This document shows positions 12,701 through 22,865 of a DNA stretch of 64,000 nt, in pieces. The position numbers and the translations under genes were made by a program. Within the stretch, counting starts at the first letter, position 1, and each line of letters starts with the position of its first letter. The notes under the pieces are model-generated. The model saw only the letters and a list, made by a program, of their open reading frames with translations. It searched no databases and was not told the origin of the DNA. Source of the stretch: Monocercomonoides exilis PA203 (Eukaryota > Protista > Preaxostyla); NCBI GenBank assembly GCA_001643675.2, contig LSRY02000044.1:757272-821271 (forward strand), in the 5' to 3' direction.

Positions 12701-15700
12701 AGATCTCTTCCATATATCGCATCATCACGGATGAAATGAATATCTCGAAGATCAAACTGAAATTGGCTTTCACTGATCTGCGATGTGATGTCGAAACATT
12801 CAATGAAAATATCATTCCCCACTCTTGCTGAATTAGAACTGAATTTCATTCCCACAAATGTGAAATCCAATTCTCCTCTTTCCTTTGTTGCCAGATACAC
12901 TCCTCCTCCTTTCCCATTGGTGCAGCTGCATTGGCTGACTTCGGACTTAATCATCTTCATCGATCCAGATGCACCCAATGTGAAGAATACCGCCCCTCCT
13001 TTTTCACTTTCTTCTGCTTTATCCTCCGTTATGTTGCTCTCATTCACAACCAAGCAAATCTTTTTCTCACTCTTTGACTCCAAAACGCTCGCTCCATTGT
13101 TGCTCCTCTTCACTCCTGAAAATGATGAATTGTCAATCTCGATATCTGCACATTCTTCATTTATCTTTGTTGGTGTATTGGCTTCTTTGATTGATAAAAT
13201 GTATCCTCTGCTTTCATTCAACGATTCCACTCGAACATTCCTCAATTGGCAAGTTATTCCAGAATCATGAATGACAAAAATACTGTTTCCAACATTGCAC
13301 GATTCCATCGACAAATCATTCACTTCCACGCTGCCTCCAATCACATCCACAAACACACAATCAAATCCATTGTTCACTCCAGCCTCTGAATGGAATGAAC
13401 ATCCAGTAATCACCAATTCTCCATTTTTGTTGGTAATAATCGTTTTGGCTGAGTTGTCAAACCCAGACATCAGTTGTAGTTGGATGTTTGACAATTCAAG
13501 ATGAATTTCATTTTCCATGAAATATTCCAGTTGACTTCCAATTGCTTTTTCAAAACTCAATATCGCTTTCATATTCTCTTCTCCCATCTTCACACTCTTT
13601 TTGATTTGATAATTGGACACATTGAATGAATCTTGAATAATTGTTGATCCTGTTATTTGCATTGTTTTCTTTCCACTTTCCTTTTTCATGTTTTCCATCC
13701 CTTTCCGCATTGAAAAGCATGGCTCTTTCTCGCTTCCACATCTTGCAACATCAAATCCACTCGATGAGATAAATATCTCAGTTGACCTGTATGGAATCAG
13801 AAACATGAATAAATCCTTTTCTTGATGAAAGTTGTCACTTCCCACAAACAGAGTTTTATCATTTATCATTGATGAATAATCAAACTTGAATGAATCATTT
13901 GTCACTGACTTGTTCAGATCAGATGCAAAAATGAACATATTCTTTCCATATTCTGCCTCATTTCCATCAAATATCAAATCTCCTGATAATTCAAATCTTG
14001 CATCTGCATCCACCAATGAAAGAAATATCCCTCCTCCTTTCCCTTCACTCCCACTCGTTGATGGAGCACAGCACTTTTCAAATCTTGTTGATGATACATA
14101 CAGCTCAGAGGGATTCTCCAATGAAACGGACAGCCCTCCTCCTCCTTTTCCATTCTCTCTCACCTCACTCATAAGGAATGTGCAATTCTCAATTCTCATT
14201 GTGTTCTTGCTTCCATCAACATTCGAGCTCAAACAAAGGCATCCACCATCTCCTGCTCTTCTCGTGATGTTCTCAAATGAGGTGTTCTTCAACGTGATTG
14301 ATGAACACTTCTCAACCTGAATTGCTCCACAACTCTGCAGATCACAATTCATTATTGAACAATTTTGGATTGTGACTGAGTTGCTTGTGGCAATCTCAAT
14401 CAATCCATCCATCCCATTCGTTCCTGTTCGATTCACAACCACCTCATCCATCAGGTTTTCGCAACTTCCATTCACAACAATCATACACCCTCCAAATCTC
14501 ACTTCTCCCACATTCCCTCCACATTTCATCCCAAATATCTCCACTTTCCCTCCACTTGCACTCGCAAACACATAATTCGCAGAATTCACCCCATTTCCCA
14601 TCTTTATCCCACAATCACCAAATCTCAATGTGCCTTCTGTGGAATGGAAAAATGATGATCGCTCTCCAATCGATCCTCCCAATTTAAATAATATCCCTGT
14701 GAATGTTGATGAAACACTGTTCATCACCAACGCTTCTTGTATTTTTGTTCCTGTTCCTCCAATTTTCAATCCAACATCTTTGTTGCTCGAATCAATCTCA
14801 TATGACTGCTCATCCAACTGAACTTCTTCATCAAATGAAAATGTGCTTGTCAGTCTGATCATTCTCTTTGAACTCGGATATCGATATTCACTCGCTTCCC
14901 CAATTGTTCGGCATGGATAATCTTCATATCCACACAGCCTGAATTCACTTCCTTGTTCTCTCCCACTCACATATGCTGGAGATGAAAATGTCCGAAGAAA
15001 CACAACAAGTAGAATAATCAGCTCTGGCTTGTTTCTTTCTCTTCCACAAAGTTCATTCAAATCTGCAACTTTAATTCCAATTTCTGGATTGAATCCAATT
15101 GAAGCGCTGTTGATGACAGCCGATAAATCCTGTGCTTCCACAAACAAATTCTTCCCCTTCCATGCATTGCACTCACTGAATGTCATGCTCTCCAATGAAA
15201 ATGTTCCCATTTGATTGGCAAGTTCAGCAAACATCCCTCCCCCTATTCCTCTCCCTCCATTCTCAACATCCTCTGATGGTACAACACATCCTGATAATTT
15301 CACTCCACTCACCCTCAATGTTCCTCCATTTCCCACTGATATCATCATCCCTCCTCCTTTCATTCCATTTCCACCTGTGCATCTTGATGAAAAATTGCTT
15401 TCTTCAATTTTCACATTCCCATTAACCCCCATCCCAACATTCAAACATCCCCCTCCTCCATTTCCACCTGCCACCTCCACTTCCACTCCACTCATTCTGC
15501 TGTTCTTCAATTCCAATTGAGCTCCACTTGTCATCGTTATTGGAGATTTCCCATTCATCTTCAGCGTCACTCCACTTTCCATCACAAATCCATCAACAAT
15601 CAGATTCCCTCCTGCCATCTCAATGATGCTGTATCCTATCTTTCCATTAGTCAATGCCCCGCTTTCAAATGAGACTGAACAGTTCGTCACACTGAGTGTT

Positions 15701-18700
15701 GATGTTAAGTGAATGAATGCACTTCTCCTGGAATTTAGCTGACCTTTCACAACAAATGAAAGTCTCCTCATTGTCAGTGAACTCGAACATCCAACAAGCC
15801 AATCTTGTGTGGCTGATCCTCCATCACTCACATTCACTCCCATCCTCTCCCCCTCTGATGATGACTCTATTCTGCCTGAAATTATCACACCATATGATGG
15901 TCCTGCTATTTCCTTCGTTATTGACGAAGATGAGACAACCTCTATTTCATTTACAGTGCTGCTCATTCTTGAGTTCGCACAATAATCAATTGTCAAACAG
16001 CCAAATTTCTCAAATCCACAATGGTTGTGATCCTTCCCATTTCCTCCACTCCCATCAACAACCACCTTTGTCCCCATTGTGCACAAATACACAAACAGTG
16101 GAATCACTCCACTTTCTTCCCCATTTTCACTCCCACTCAGTTGAAACACATCTGATGGAATGGTGCTTGTGTCAAAAAATGAAAATGATTGTGCATTCAC
16201 TTTTGAATCCAAAAACACTCCACTCCCACAATCAACAAACACATCCTTCCCATATGTTGCCACATTCTCATTCACTTTTGAAAACTGAACATTCTGCCCA
16301 ATTGTCAATCCACATCCTCCACTCTCCATCAATACAAACATCCCCCCTCCTCTCCCTCCATTCCCTCCATTATTCTCTGCCTTATTCCCATCAATCACAC
16401 TCGTTCCACTCACAACCACTTTCCCACTTCCCTTCAATCCAACATATATTCCTCCTCCTTTTCCACCACCACAACTGCACCCATTCACGTTGCATCCATC
16501 AACAGTCAACGTTCCACTCCCTCCAACTGTTCCTTTCATCCATCCTCCATCTCCCTCATTCCTTTTGATTCCGCTGATATTGCATCCTGAACATATCACA
16601 CTCGTCATTCCTTCACAAAATTCAATCGCTGAATGAGCTCCAAACACAAGTGCTCCACCAATCACAAATCGTTCCATTTTCAGACTCCCGCTCTGCGCAT
16701 TCACAATGTTGTATCCAAAGGCCACACTCGATGTGCTCTCTGATATATGAGCAACTGAGCAGTCTGTGAGTGCGAGTGATGTGCTGGTCAAACCAATGAG
16801 CGATATTGCACTCGATAACGAAAATGGAATTTGGAACGCAATGTTCTTTATTGAACTTGCACTCTCAACATTTATTAAAAATAAAGATGTCATTCCACTC
16901 GGCACCTTCACGTTCACATTCGTCTTGTTGATTGTGCAATACACCTCCCATTCATATGACCCTGCCATCGGCACAACTTCTCCCAGCTCAAACCCTGAAT
17001 CCAACACAATATTCTTCTTTGCTGAGCTGAATCTGTTCTGTGAAGCAAACGCGATCGTTTTGCATGGAAAATACCCAAACCCACAAAACCACGAGTCATA
17101 TCCTCCATGCTCATTCACCGCTTTCCCCACATGTGCTGCTCCTGAAAATGCATCAAAAAACACATTCAATGGGAATATTCCCATCCCTCCCTCATTCCGG
17201 TCATATCCCATCAGCTCATCATAAATAGAAACATTTCGTGAGAAATTCAACTTTGAGGTCGTTATTGTCCCACTCACCAGCCTGCTCCCATTCACAAACA
17301 CATCTTTCCCTCCCAATGTTGCACTGCAACCAACAAAACTCACTGATGATATCGCAAAATCAAATGAATTATCTGCAAGCCACAGCATCACCCCTCCTCC
17401 ATATCCACTGCACTTGCACCGTTTAAATGTTGTTGTTCCTCCACTGTGCGATGCTGATGTCCCAATTCGAACTTGGCTTGTCGAAGATGCCAACTCAACC
17501 TTTATCCCTCCTCCATTTCCATTCACACACTCACACCCTTCCATTGTTGTGTTCCACACAACAAATGTCTCTCCTGCCTTCACGCTTTTTGCCATCACCA
17601 CTCCATCTCCTCCTGTCCGATTCACATTCCGAATTGTCACATTCCCCAGCACACTTTCTCCTGATGACGATCCGGCTGATGATGGTTCAGCGAAAAGAGG
17701 CTGTGATATTTTCATATTTTTGATCTCAACATCAATCGTCTTCAGCTGCCTCAGCGCAACATCTAACACACACTTCGTCATTCCGCTCCCACCTGATGTG
17801 GAAGAACTGATCAACACATCCTCCAGCGAAAGAGTCCCACTCCCCAGTGACACCACAAACACACTCGGCGATGAGCTTCTTTTCGCGTTGTGATCGATCC
17901 CCACATGCCCCACCACCAGTTGACCAGAAGATATGCTAAATAGCGCTGTCGAAGTCGAAGAAAGCGAACTCGACCCAATCACACTCACTGTCTTCCCTCT
18001 CCCAACAACTGAAATCCTCTTTCCCCCAACACTGATCGTCGCCCCTTCGCTCACATGCTTTCCACCCAGCACTGTGATCGTTGAGCTCAGCTGCGCCATG
18101 CTCGACTCCACTGCATGCCCCACCGTCTTGCACGGAGCAGACTCACTCATCCCACACAAATTGCTCGAGTCATCCCCACTCGCCCCAACATATCTATCTT
18201 TCATCTCCTCTTTCAGCCATCCCTTCTTTTCTGTGTGTTGATACGCCCAATGACCATCAACATAGCATACTCTCTTCTCATCTCTATTCGTTGTGTACGA
18301 TTCAAAAAATGGGTTATTGGATGAAAAAAGATTGTTTCCATCATGAAAATACACATCATGACCATATGAAGTGGAAGAGGTTGTGCAACTACAATCATGG
18401 AAGAAGAAGAAATAACAATAAATGTTGTTGCTTGGAGCTGTTTGTTGGTCTGGATTAAAATACAATCCTCCACCTTTTTCTTTTGCGTTGCACGAAATAA
18501 ATTGGAGGCTCCTCATTTTGAACACAACTGGAACACTTTGGCATAACATCCCTCCGCCACCAGTGGTTGTAAGTGAGCATGAAGTGAATGAACACTCAAA
18601 CACACAAGCACTCTCCCCTTTTCCACTTTCTGTTCCAATACATCCTGTTCCTGAAACATTTAAATTTTCAAAATAAAGACCTCCTCCCCAGCCATAAGCA

Positions 18701-20070
18701 GAACATTTCTGGAATTCGCACCCACTGATCCTGACGCATGTTGAAATAGATCTGGCATACATCCCTCCTCCATAACAATTTTGAGCAGTACAAGCATTGA
18801 ATGAGTTGTTCTCAATCTTGACTGAATTTATTGAAACGCAAAAAATTCCTCCGCCATAAGAATACGCAGAGCAGTCGTTGAACGAACAAAATTTCACTGA
18901 AAGTGTTCCTGATGCCTTATCATTCATGTAAATCGCTCCTCCATTTGAATTCTCAGCTGAAGAAGAACCACTTCTCCCAGTTGTATTTGACCCGTTCCAC
19001 TCACACCAAGTAAATGAATTCGCCCCATTGTCTGTAATCAGCTGTCTCGCTTGTTTCGATGGATTCCCTTCACTCCCGCTGATTGCAACATTCTGTGATC
19101 GATAGCATCCAACAAATGAGGTGTTCGAGGCATCCAGGGAAGATGAGGGGCTGTTCAGTGAGGGGACAATTCCCCCATCATAAACATCCCACACCGATGA
19201 ATATGAGCACCCACTCATCAGAAACACTCTTTGGCTCAGCCCTTCATCCAGATGTGTTGTTTTCTGTGGATTTGTGGAGATGTTGAAGAATTCTAATTGG
19301 GAAAGACACACAAAATGCGATGAGATGAATGGGGCTGAAGACACACAAAATGAAGAGAAATGAGAAGAACAAACAGAAACATGGCACTTCTCTGAAATCT
19401 CTCCTTCCGCTGCTTTTGAAGAGAAAAGTGGAGGAAATATCTGTTCAGTCGAGGTTGAAGAAGATCTGAGGGAAATGTTGGTGAGCAATCCACAGCTCCC
19501 ACACAAATCAAAGGGCGATGCCTCTCTCCCAACTCCAATCACACATCCGCTCACCTCAACAGAACTTCCATCCGATGCCCTGAGCACACTCTCCCCACCC
19601 ATTTCCCTCAATCCCAATGAATTCAGTTTCATTGATGAATTGATCCCAACAACACTTCCCTCAACCCCACTCCCGCCACACACTCCCTCCTTTCCCCACA
19701 TTTTCCACTCATCACAAAAACCCCATTTTTGGACTTTCCCAATCTCCCCACTTCTCTCATTCCATTGTTTTGTGTATTTCTTCAATATTTTCTTTTGCTT
19801 TTCGGTCTCTCCCACTCCACCTTCTTTTCCTTCAACATATGTGTCAAATAAATTGTCATCTCCAATTTTGTTGTTTTGAGCCTTCTCTCGCCATGTACCT
19901 TCAGGATAATCCAATTCTCCTTCTTTCGCTGATTCCTCAACAAATCCTGCTCCATCACTTGTGGCACCCTTGCACACGCACCCCACACTAATTATCCACA
20001 CACAACAAAATATTCCTGACAGCCCCAATACCATGCCTCTCAAACTGCTTTCTTTTCTTTTTTCTTTCAC
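9775..20070 (-). CDS. Giant intronless type-I membrane protein: N-terminal hydrophobic segment, pectin-lyase/Pmp-like GGxI beta-helix repeats, six CG-x5-6-C modules, a single TM helix and a C-terminal degenerate (pseudo)kinase C-lobe
   Basis: 3431-aa ORF; first ATG at 20034 (MVLGLSGIFCCVWIISVGC). Repeated GGAIY/GGGIF/GGGLY motifs. TM segment YWLLIVIVLVVILLIVFVVSIIFIV followed by RWRK. Kinase subdomain VIII-XI-like motifs RWKAPEL, FSIGMMLWECLTLEIPF, GERP and CLSAEPSER. Confidence 0.85.
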   Translation of the reverse strand: MKEKRKESSLRGMVLGLSGIFCCVWIISVGCVCKGATSDGAGFVEESAKEGELDYPEGTWREKAQNNKIGDDNLFDTYVEGKEGGVGETEKQKKILKKYTKQWNERSGEIGKVQKWGFCDEWKMWGKEGVCGGSGVEGSVVGINSSMKLNSLGLREMGGESVLRASDGSSVEVSGCVIGVGREASPFDLCGSCGLLTNISLRSSSTSTEQIFPPLFSSKAAEGEISEKCHVSVCSSHFSSFCVSSAPFISSHFVCLSQLEFFNISTNPQKTTHLDEGLSQRVFLMSGCSYSSVWDVYDGGIVPSLNSPSSSLDASNTSFVGCYRSQNVAISGSEGNPSKQARQLITDNGANSFTWCEWNGSNTTGRSGSSSAENSNGGAIYMNDKASGTLSVKFCSFNDCSAYSYGGGIFCVSINSVKIENNSFNACTAQNCYGGGMYARSISTCVRISGCEFQKCSAYGWGGGLYFENLNVSGTGCIGTESGKGESACVFECSFTSCSLTTTGGGGMLCQSVPVVFKMRSLQFISCNAKEKGGGLYFNPDQQTAPSNNIYCYFFFFHDCSCTTSSTSYGHDVYFHDGNNLFSSNNPFFESYTTNRDEKRVCYVDGHWAYQHTEKKGWLKEEMKDRYVGASGDDSSNLCGMSESAPCKTVGHAVESSMAQLSSTITVLGGKHVSEGATISVGGKRISVVGRGKTVSVIGSSSLSSTSTALFSISSGQLVVGHVGIDHNAKRSSSPSVFVVSLGSGTLSLEDVLISSSTSGGSGMTKCVLDVALRQLKTIDVEIKNMKISQPLFAEPSSAGSSSGESVLGNVTIRNVNRTGGDGVVMAKSVKAGETFVVWNTTMEGCECVNGNGGGIKVELASSTSQVRIGTSASHSGGTTTFKRCKCSGYGGGVMLWLADNSFDFAISSVSFVGCSATLGGKDVFVNGSRLVSGTITTSKLNFSRNVSIYDELMGYDRNEGGMGIFPLNVFFDAFSGAAHVGKAVNEHGGYDSWFCGFGYFPCKTIAFASQNRFSSAKKNIVLDSGFELGEVVPMAGSYEWEVYCTINKTNVNVKVPSGMTSLFLINVESASSIKNIAFQIPFSLSSAISLIGLTSTSLALTDCSVAHISESTSSVAFGYNIVNAQSGSLKMERFVIGGALVFGAHSAIEFCEGMTSVICSGCNISGIKRNEGDGGWMKGTVGGSGTLTVDGCNVNGCSCGGGKGGGIYVGLKGSGKVVVSGTSVIDGNKAENNGGNGGRGGGMFVLMESGGCGLTIGQNVQFSKVNENVATYGKDVFVDCGSGVFLDSKVNAQSFSFFDTSTIPSDVFQLSGSENGEESGVIPLFVYLCTMGTKVVVDGSGGNGKDHNHCGFEKFGCLTIDYCANSRMSSTVNEIEVVSSSSITKEIAGPSYGVIISGRIESSSEGERMGVNVSDGGSATQDWLVGCSSSLTMRRLSFVVKGQLNSRRSAFIHLTSTLSVTNCSVSFESGALTNGKIGYSIIEMAGGNLIVDGFVMESGVTLKMNGKSPITMTSGAQLELKNSRMSGVEVEVAGGNGGGGCLNVGMGVNGNVKIEESNFSSRCTGGNGMKGGGMMISVGNGGTLRVSGVKLSGCVVPSEDVENGGRGIGGGMFAELANQMGTFSLESMTFSECNAWKGKNLFVEAQDLSAVINSASIGFNPEIGIKVADLNELCGRERNKPELIILLVVFLRTFSSPAYVSGREQGSEFRLCGYEDYPCRTIGEASEYRYPSSKRMIRLTSTFSFDEEVQLDEQSYEIDSSNKDVGLKIGGTGTKIQEALVMNSVSSTFTGILFKLGGSIGERSSFFHSTEGTLRFGDCGIKMGNGVNSANYVFASASGGKVEIFGMKCGGNVGEVRFGGCMIVVNGSCENLMDEVVVNRTGTNGMDGLIEIATSNSVTIQNCSIMNCDLQSCGAIQVEKCSSITLKNTSFENITRRAGDGGCLCLSSNVDGSKNTMRIENCTFLMSEVRENGKGGGGLSVSLENPSELYVSSTRFEKCCAPSTSGSEGKGGGIFLSLVDADARFELSGDLIFDGNEAEYGKNMFIFASDLNKSVTNDSFKFDYSSMINDKTLFVGSDNFHQEKDLFMFLIPYRSTEIFISSSGFDVARCGSEKEPCFSMRKGMENMKKESGKKTMQITGSTIIQDSFNVSNYQIKKSVKMGEENMKAILSFEKAIGSQLEYFMENEIHLELSNIQLQLMSGFDNSAKTIITNKNGELVITGCSFHSEAGVNNGFDCVFVDVIGGSVEVNDLSMESCNVGNSIFVIHDSGITCQLRNVRVESLNESRGYILSIKEANTPTKINEECADIEIDNSSFSGVKRSNNGASVLESKSEKKICLVVNESNITEDKAEESEKGGAVFFTLGASGSMKMIKSEVSQCSCTNGKGGGVYLATKERGELDFTFVGMKFSSNSARVGNDIFIECFDITSQISESQFQFDLRDIHFIRDDAIYGRDLCDYPSDTNLIGFITIHQSDTIIVSSVNGSNGKQCGANALPCDSVERGLIHLTSELISQILIVEESVIGEEINLKEMSLSSKSREMCKVEVKSNIGKTKDSLISTTGTVSLVRVRFVFNSNFISSHESLISPEGGILEVVNCSFDSKQSAGEGSIELANIPFHIINMKKGELQLDGCTASNLVLHESALSLLSSLSSVIYLFEIFNSTIETSLIDINECGKLTIKNFNTENITAEGNEESLICCLSMKKTMQLTNCTMGGVSSKTSKGKLMKVEDCTDVKMDSCVFDGSSKERNEKNSNTEEMCRWDGSLVDVVKSSVLMKDTTISNSPEGGITMSEGNVNIEMGLFENNNPSIEGYPSLRRNIICSNSGTLNVMSLKGGDGALPNTSLWMLNEGCNFEGIASERDSSFFIPVLESVEVKEETDRMKLIFKGMLLVPCNLSFSVVRRKGEEKEIEKHDFDSNEFLSEREAEGSVGKDLISGCENEIEVSVHILFGNAESPSSTNPFILKNASEAKTNGDERIVEGGKEGKSYWLLIVIVLVVILLIVFVVSIIFIVRWRKAKNENKDLREIVNDNIKKDPKAFEMVTMEMSPEAQWRREEKKNEENAKKRVFVKTMVHSESEEYLLSESGSTEYILGKDSDKIPDWALEKEEEEETRERSPSPSLSSTGTETSFVQIEDVSPTTSSMSNLVDAMACSSPHEKLIVDLRDSLFMLLHGRNKTKEMAIGTLQEREQIASQILFWVANLALHSFDEMEVPLQSFSNLSPHIVLFSEHMVICIVMHSDCSSDDDSDSSSISSSTVVTSASDDDDEDDDDSDSLPSSAFEDEDDYKKECLRWKAPELQMNKKMGAAKESVAFSIGMMLWECLTLEIPFGEYEAAIAGDKIVRGERPKMGDEHSSLEEVVKECLSAEPSERHSLPSLKREFIQRFPAGTAMITMSDAIDVTSLRSSQYTINKSGRIIILEAKNEAQILRND

Positions 20071-21525
20071 AGACTAATATGGGCACTTCAACAAAAAAAT
20101 ACTTTCAACTTTTGATAAGTGTTGTATTATTATATAAAAATAAATATTCTCCTTTGATATTTAACAACATTTATTTATGATCCGATGAATAATAGCGAAT
20201 AATTTATCCATTTTTGTTGATGTTCCGATATTTCAGCCATCACTCTCCGTCCAGCGATATCTGCCTCTGAGATGGAACAACACATGATTTGGAGCATATA
20301 ATTACGTTGGCTGTGTTTTCATGAGAAAAGGCAATTGGGAAAGAAATGAATGATGTGAAGATTGATGAAAACAGATGAACAGAAGAGGTGTGAGTGCTGA
20401 AAGTTTTGTGACTCTGCACCACATATAAATGTGTGTCTATTTGTGGATTATTTGTGATGTTTTTATTTGAAGGGATTTTCGATGTTTTGAAAGAAATGAT
20501 TGTTTTTGCCTCGATTGGCTGAAAAGGACACTTTTGGCAAAAGAGAAGGGATGCATGGAACAAGGTTATTTGAGCATTTGGGTTGGGCTTTTGATGTGTT
20601 TTTCTTGCAGATAGAGATGGAATTTCAGTTCAAGGGAAAAAGGATAAAATGTGAAATGAGCGAAAATGGATATTTTTTGTTGAGGCAAAGCGGTTGCAGG
20701 GAATTAACGGAATTTGCTATTGGTTTGCGACAAACTCTGTTTTATTCGAATCTTTTCATGAAAAATGAATTTGTTTATTATTATTTTTATCATATGATAG
20801 GATTTTGGAAGTTATTTGAGAAATGCCTGACGCATTCTATTTGCTGGGAGAATTTGTTTTGGAGAAAGGAAGAAGGGAAAATGAAGAAGAAAAGAACAAG
20901 CAGCATTGATAATAATGGATACAAAAAATGGAGAAGACACCATTGATGAGTGTTGATGCAAAGAATGGAAGAAGATGTTATTGAAACAATTCTTTCGAAC
21001 ATTTCTGGATCATCGTTCATCATCAACATTTTGGAAGAGGAAATGGATTTACGTTCACTCATTAACATATTCAAAGGTGCGACAAAGGCATGATTGAAAG
21101 GAAAAGGATTTCTTCTTCTTCCAGAATACCTCAAATATCATCGTCATCCTCCATACACAACCTTCTTCATCATCATATGCTGTATCAGAAAAGCATCAAA
21201 GGGAATGCTTATCAGGTTAATCGACTAAAATTCAACTCATTTCTTTTGTGATTGAACTGATGAGAAAAGAAAGAGGAAATAGAAAGAAACAACATTTTTC
21301 ATCATGTTGCTTCTCATTGGCAGCTGCACATCAATTCCTTAAGGTCACTGCCATTTGCGATTGCTTTCTTCTTTTATCTGCTCTGCTCTCCTTATTTTAC
21401 TCTTCCTTCTTCTTCTTCTTCTTCATCCAGCCCCTTCCTTTACTCCTTCCTCTTCTCCTCCTGTCTCCATCCGTTTTATTCCTCGATCTGCTGCGTCTTC
21501 CTCCTCCTCGTCTGCATTCACAGGA

Positions 21526-22371
21526 ATGGAAGGGGCAGAGAGCCAGCTGGAAGAACAGGCAGATTTGGACTCGACTTTTCTGATCCCGCCGAGAGAGAAG
21601 CGGAGCAGCGAGACAAGAATTGTTGCTATTTCTCCCCTGACATCATCATCAACACTATCATCATCATCATCATCATCATCTTCTTCTTCTTCTTCTTCTT
21701 CTTCTTCTTCTTCTTCTTCTTCTTCTTCTTCTTCTTCTTCTTCTTCTTCTTCTTCTTCTTCTTCTTCTTCTTCTTCTTCTTCTTCTATTTCAGCCTCTTC
21801 CATTGCAAAGAAGCTGAGCGCTGTGCTGTTTTCCACCGCTTCTTCACAGTCATCCACATTCAGCGTGAGCAATCTGCCTTCTTCGTCTGATGCTTCGTCT
21901 GTTGTTGTGCCGCAGCTGATGAGTCAGTCTTATTCTTCTGGTGTGAGTGACACACAGGAGACGAGTGGGCTGGCAGAGGACGAAGGAATGAAGGCATTTC
22001 ACGAGATGCTTTTGGAGAGGCAGGCTGAGGCAGGGAAGAAGAAGGAGGAGAAAGAGAAAGAGAAAGAGAAGAAGGAAGAGAAGGAGAAAGAGAAGGAAGA
22101 GAACAAAGAAGAAGATAAAGCAACAGAAGGGAATGAAGCAAATATTAATCAGAACAGTTCTGTTTCATCTTTATCTGATTTGAAGACGAATACAACTGAA
22201 AAGAAGGCCAGTGCTTCAAACAGACAGCCATATGCCAATATCTTCCAGGAAATTAAGATTCTGTCTGCTGTTTACAACACACAAGTGCCTGAAATACCAG
22301 AAATGCCTTCTTCATTTGCTGTTGTGGAAGATGAAGAGAAGATGAAAGAGAAGGAGAAAATGAAAATTTGA
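21526..22371 (+). CDS. Ser/Glu-rich ORF, probably the 5' exon of the downstream LRR gene
   Basis: ATG at 21526 (MEGAESQ). The ORF ends at TGA 22371 just before a GTTTAAG donor-like site at 22381, so a 1-nt indel in the A-rich tract may separate it from the downstream exons. Confidence 0.45.
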   Translation: MEGAESQLEEQADLDSTFLIPPREKRSSETRIVAISPLTSSSTLSSSSSSSSSSSSSSSSSSSSSSSSSSSSSSSSSSSSSSSSSSSISASSIAKKLSAVLFSTASSQSSTFSVSNLPSSSDASSVVVPQLMSQSYSSGVSDTQETSGLAEDEGMKAFHEMLLERQAEAGKKKEEKEKEKEKKEEKEKEKEENKEEDKATEGNEANINQNSSVSSLSDLKTNTTEKKASASNRQPYANIFQEIKILSAVYNTQVPEIPEMPSSFAVVEDEEKMKEKEKMKI

Positions 22372-22865
22372 AAGCACAATGTTTAAGAGATGTGTAAATA
22401 TTGAATTTATTTTGAAAATTGTTCCGAAGAAACAATTATAATTGCAAAGGAAAAAAAGTTTAAGCTCTCTATTTTCGGAATACAAGTCATTTTTCATTAC
22501 ATAAATTCAAAAGCCAATGAACTATCATTTTTTTCAGATATTTAAAAGTTATAGATTATTGATTTCATAGAACTCATCAATATTTGTATTTATGAATAAA
22601 AGAAGTTGCTTAATTAAAAAAATTATAAATTTGTAAATATATTCAAGTTTTTTGCTTTATCAGTTTTTCTCCAAAATTTTTCAGCCCATACTTAGTTATT
22701 TTTTAAGTTGCATTTATTTATTTTTTTGATATTGCAAAAAGAGGGCAGCAAATTTTTTTTGATGGAGCTACCATATGTGCTATCTTATGGAAGAGAGCCA
22801 AGTATGAGCATTGTTTAATTTTTGGAAAGTAGATGTTATTTGTTTGCGTATTATCATAATAATTA

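Noticed and set aside
20240-21230. Short ORFs upstream of the giant receptor gene
   Set aside because: No recognisable motifs or consistent exon structure; possibly family-associated upstream sequence or a relic.
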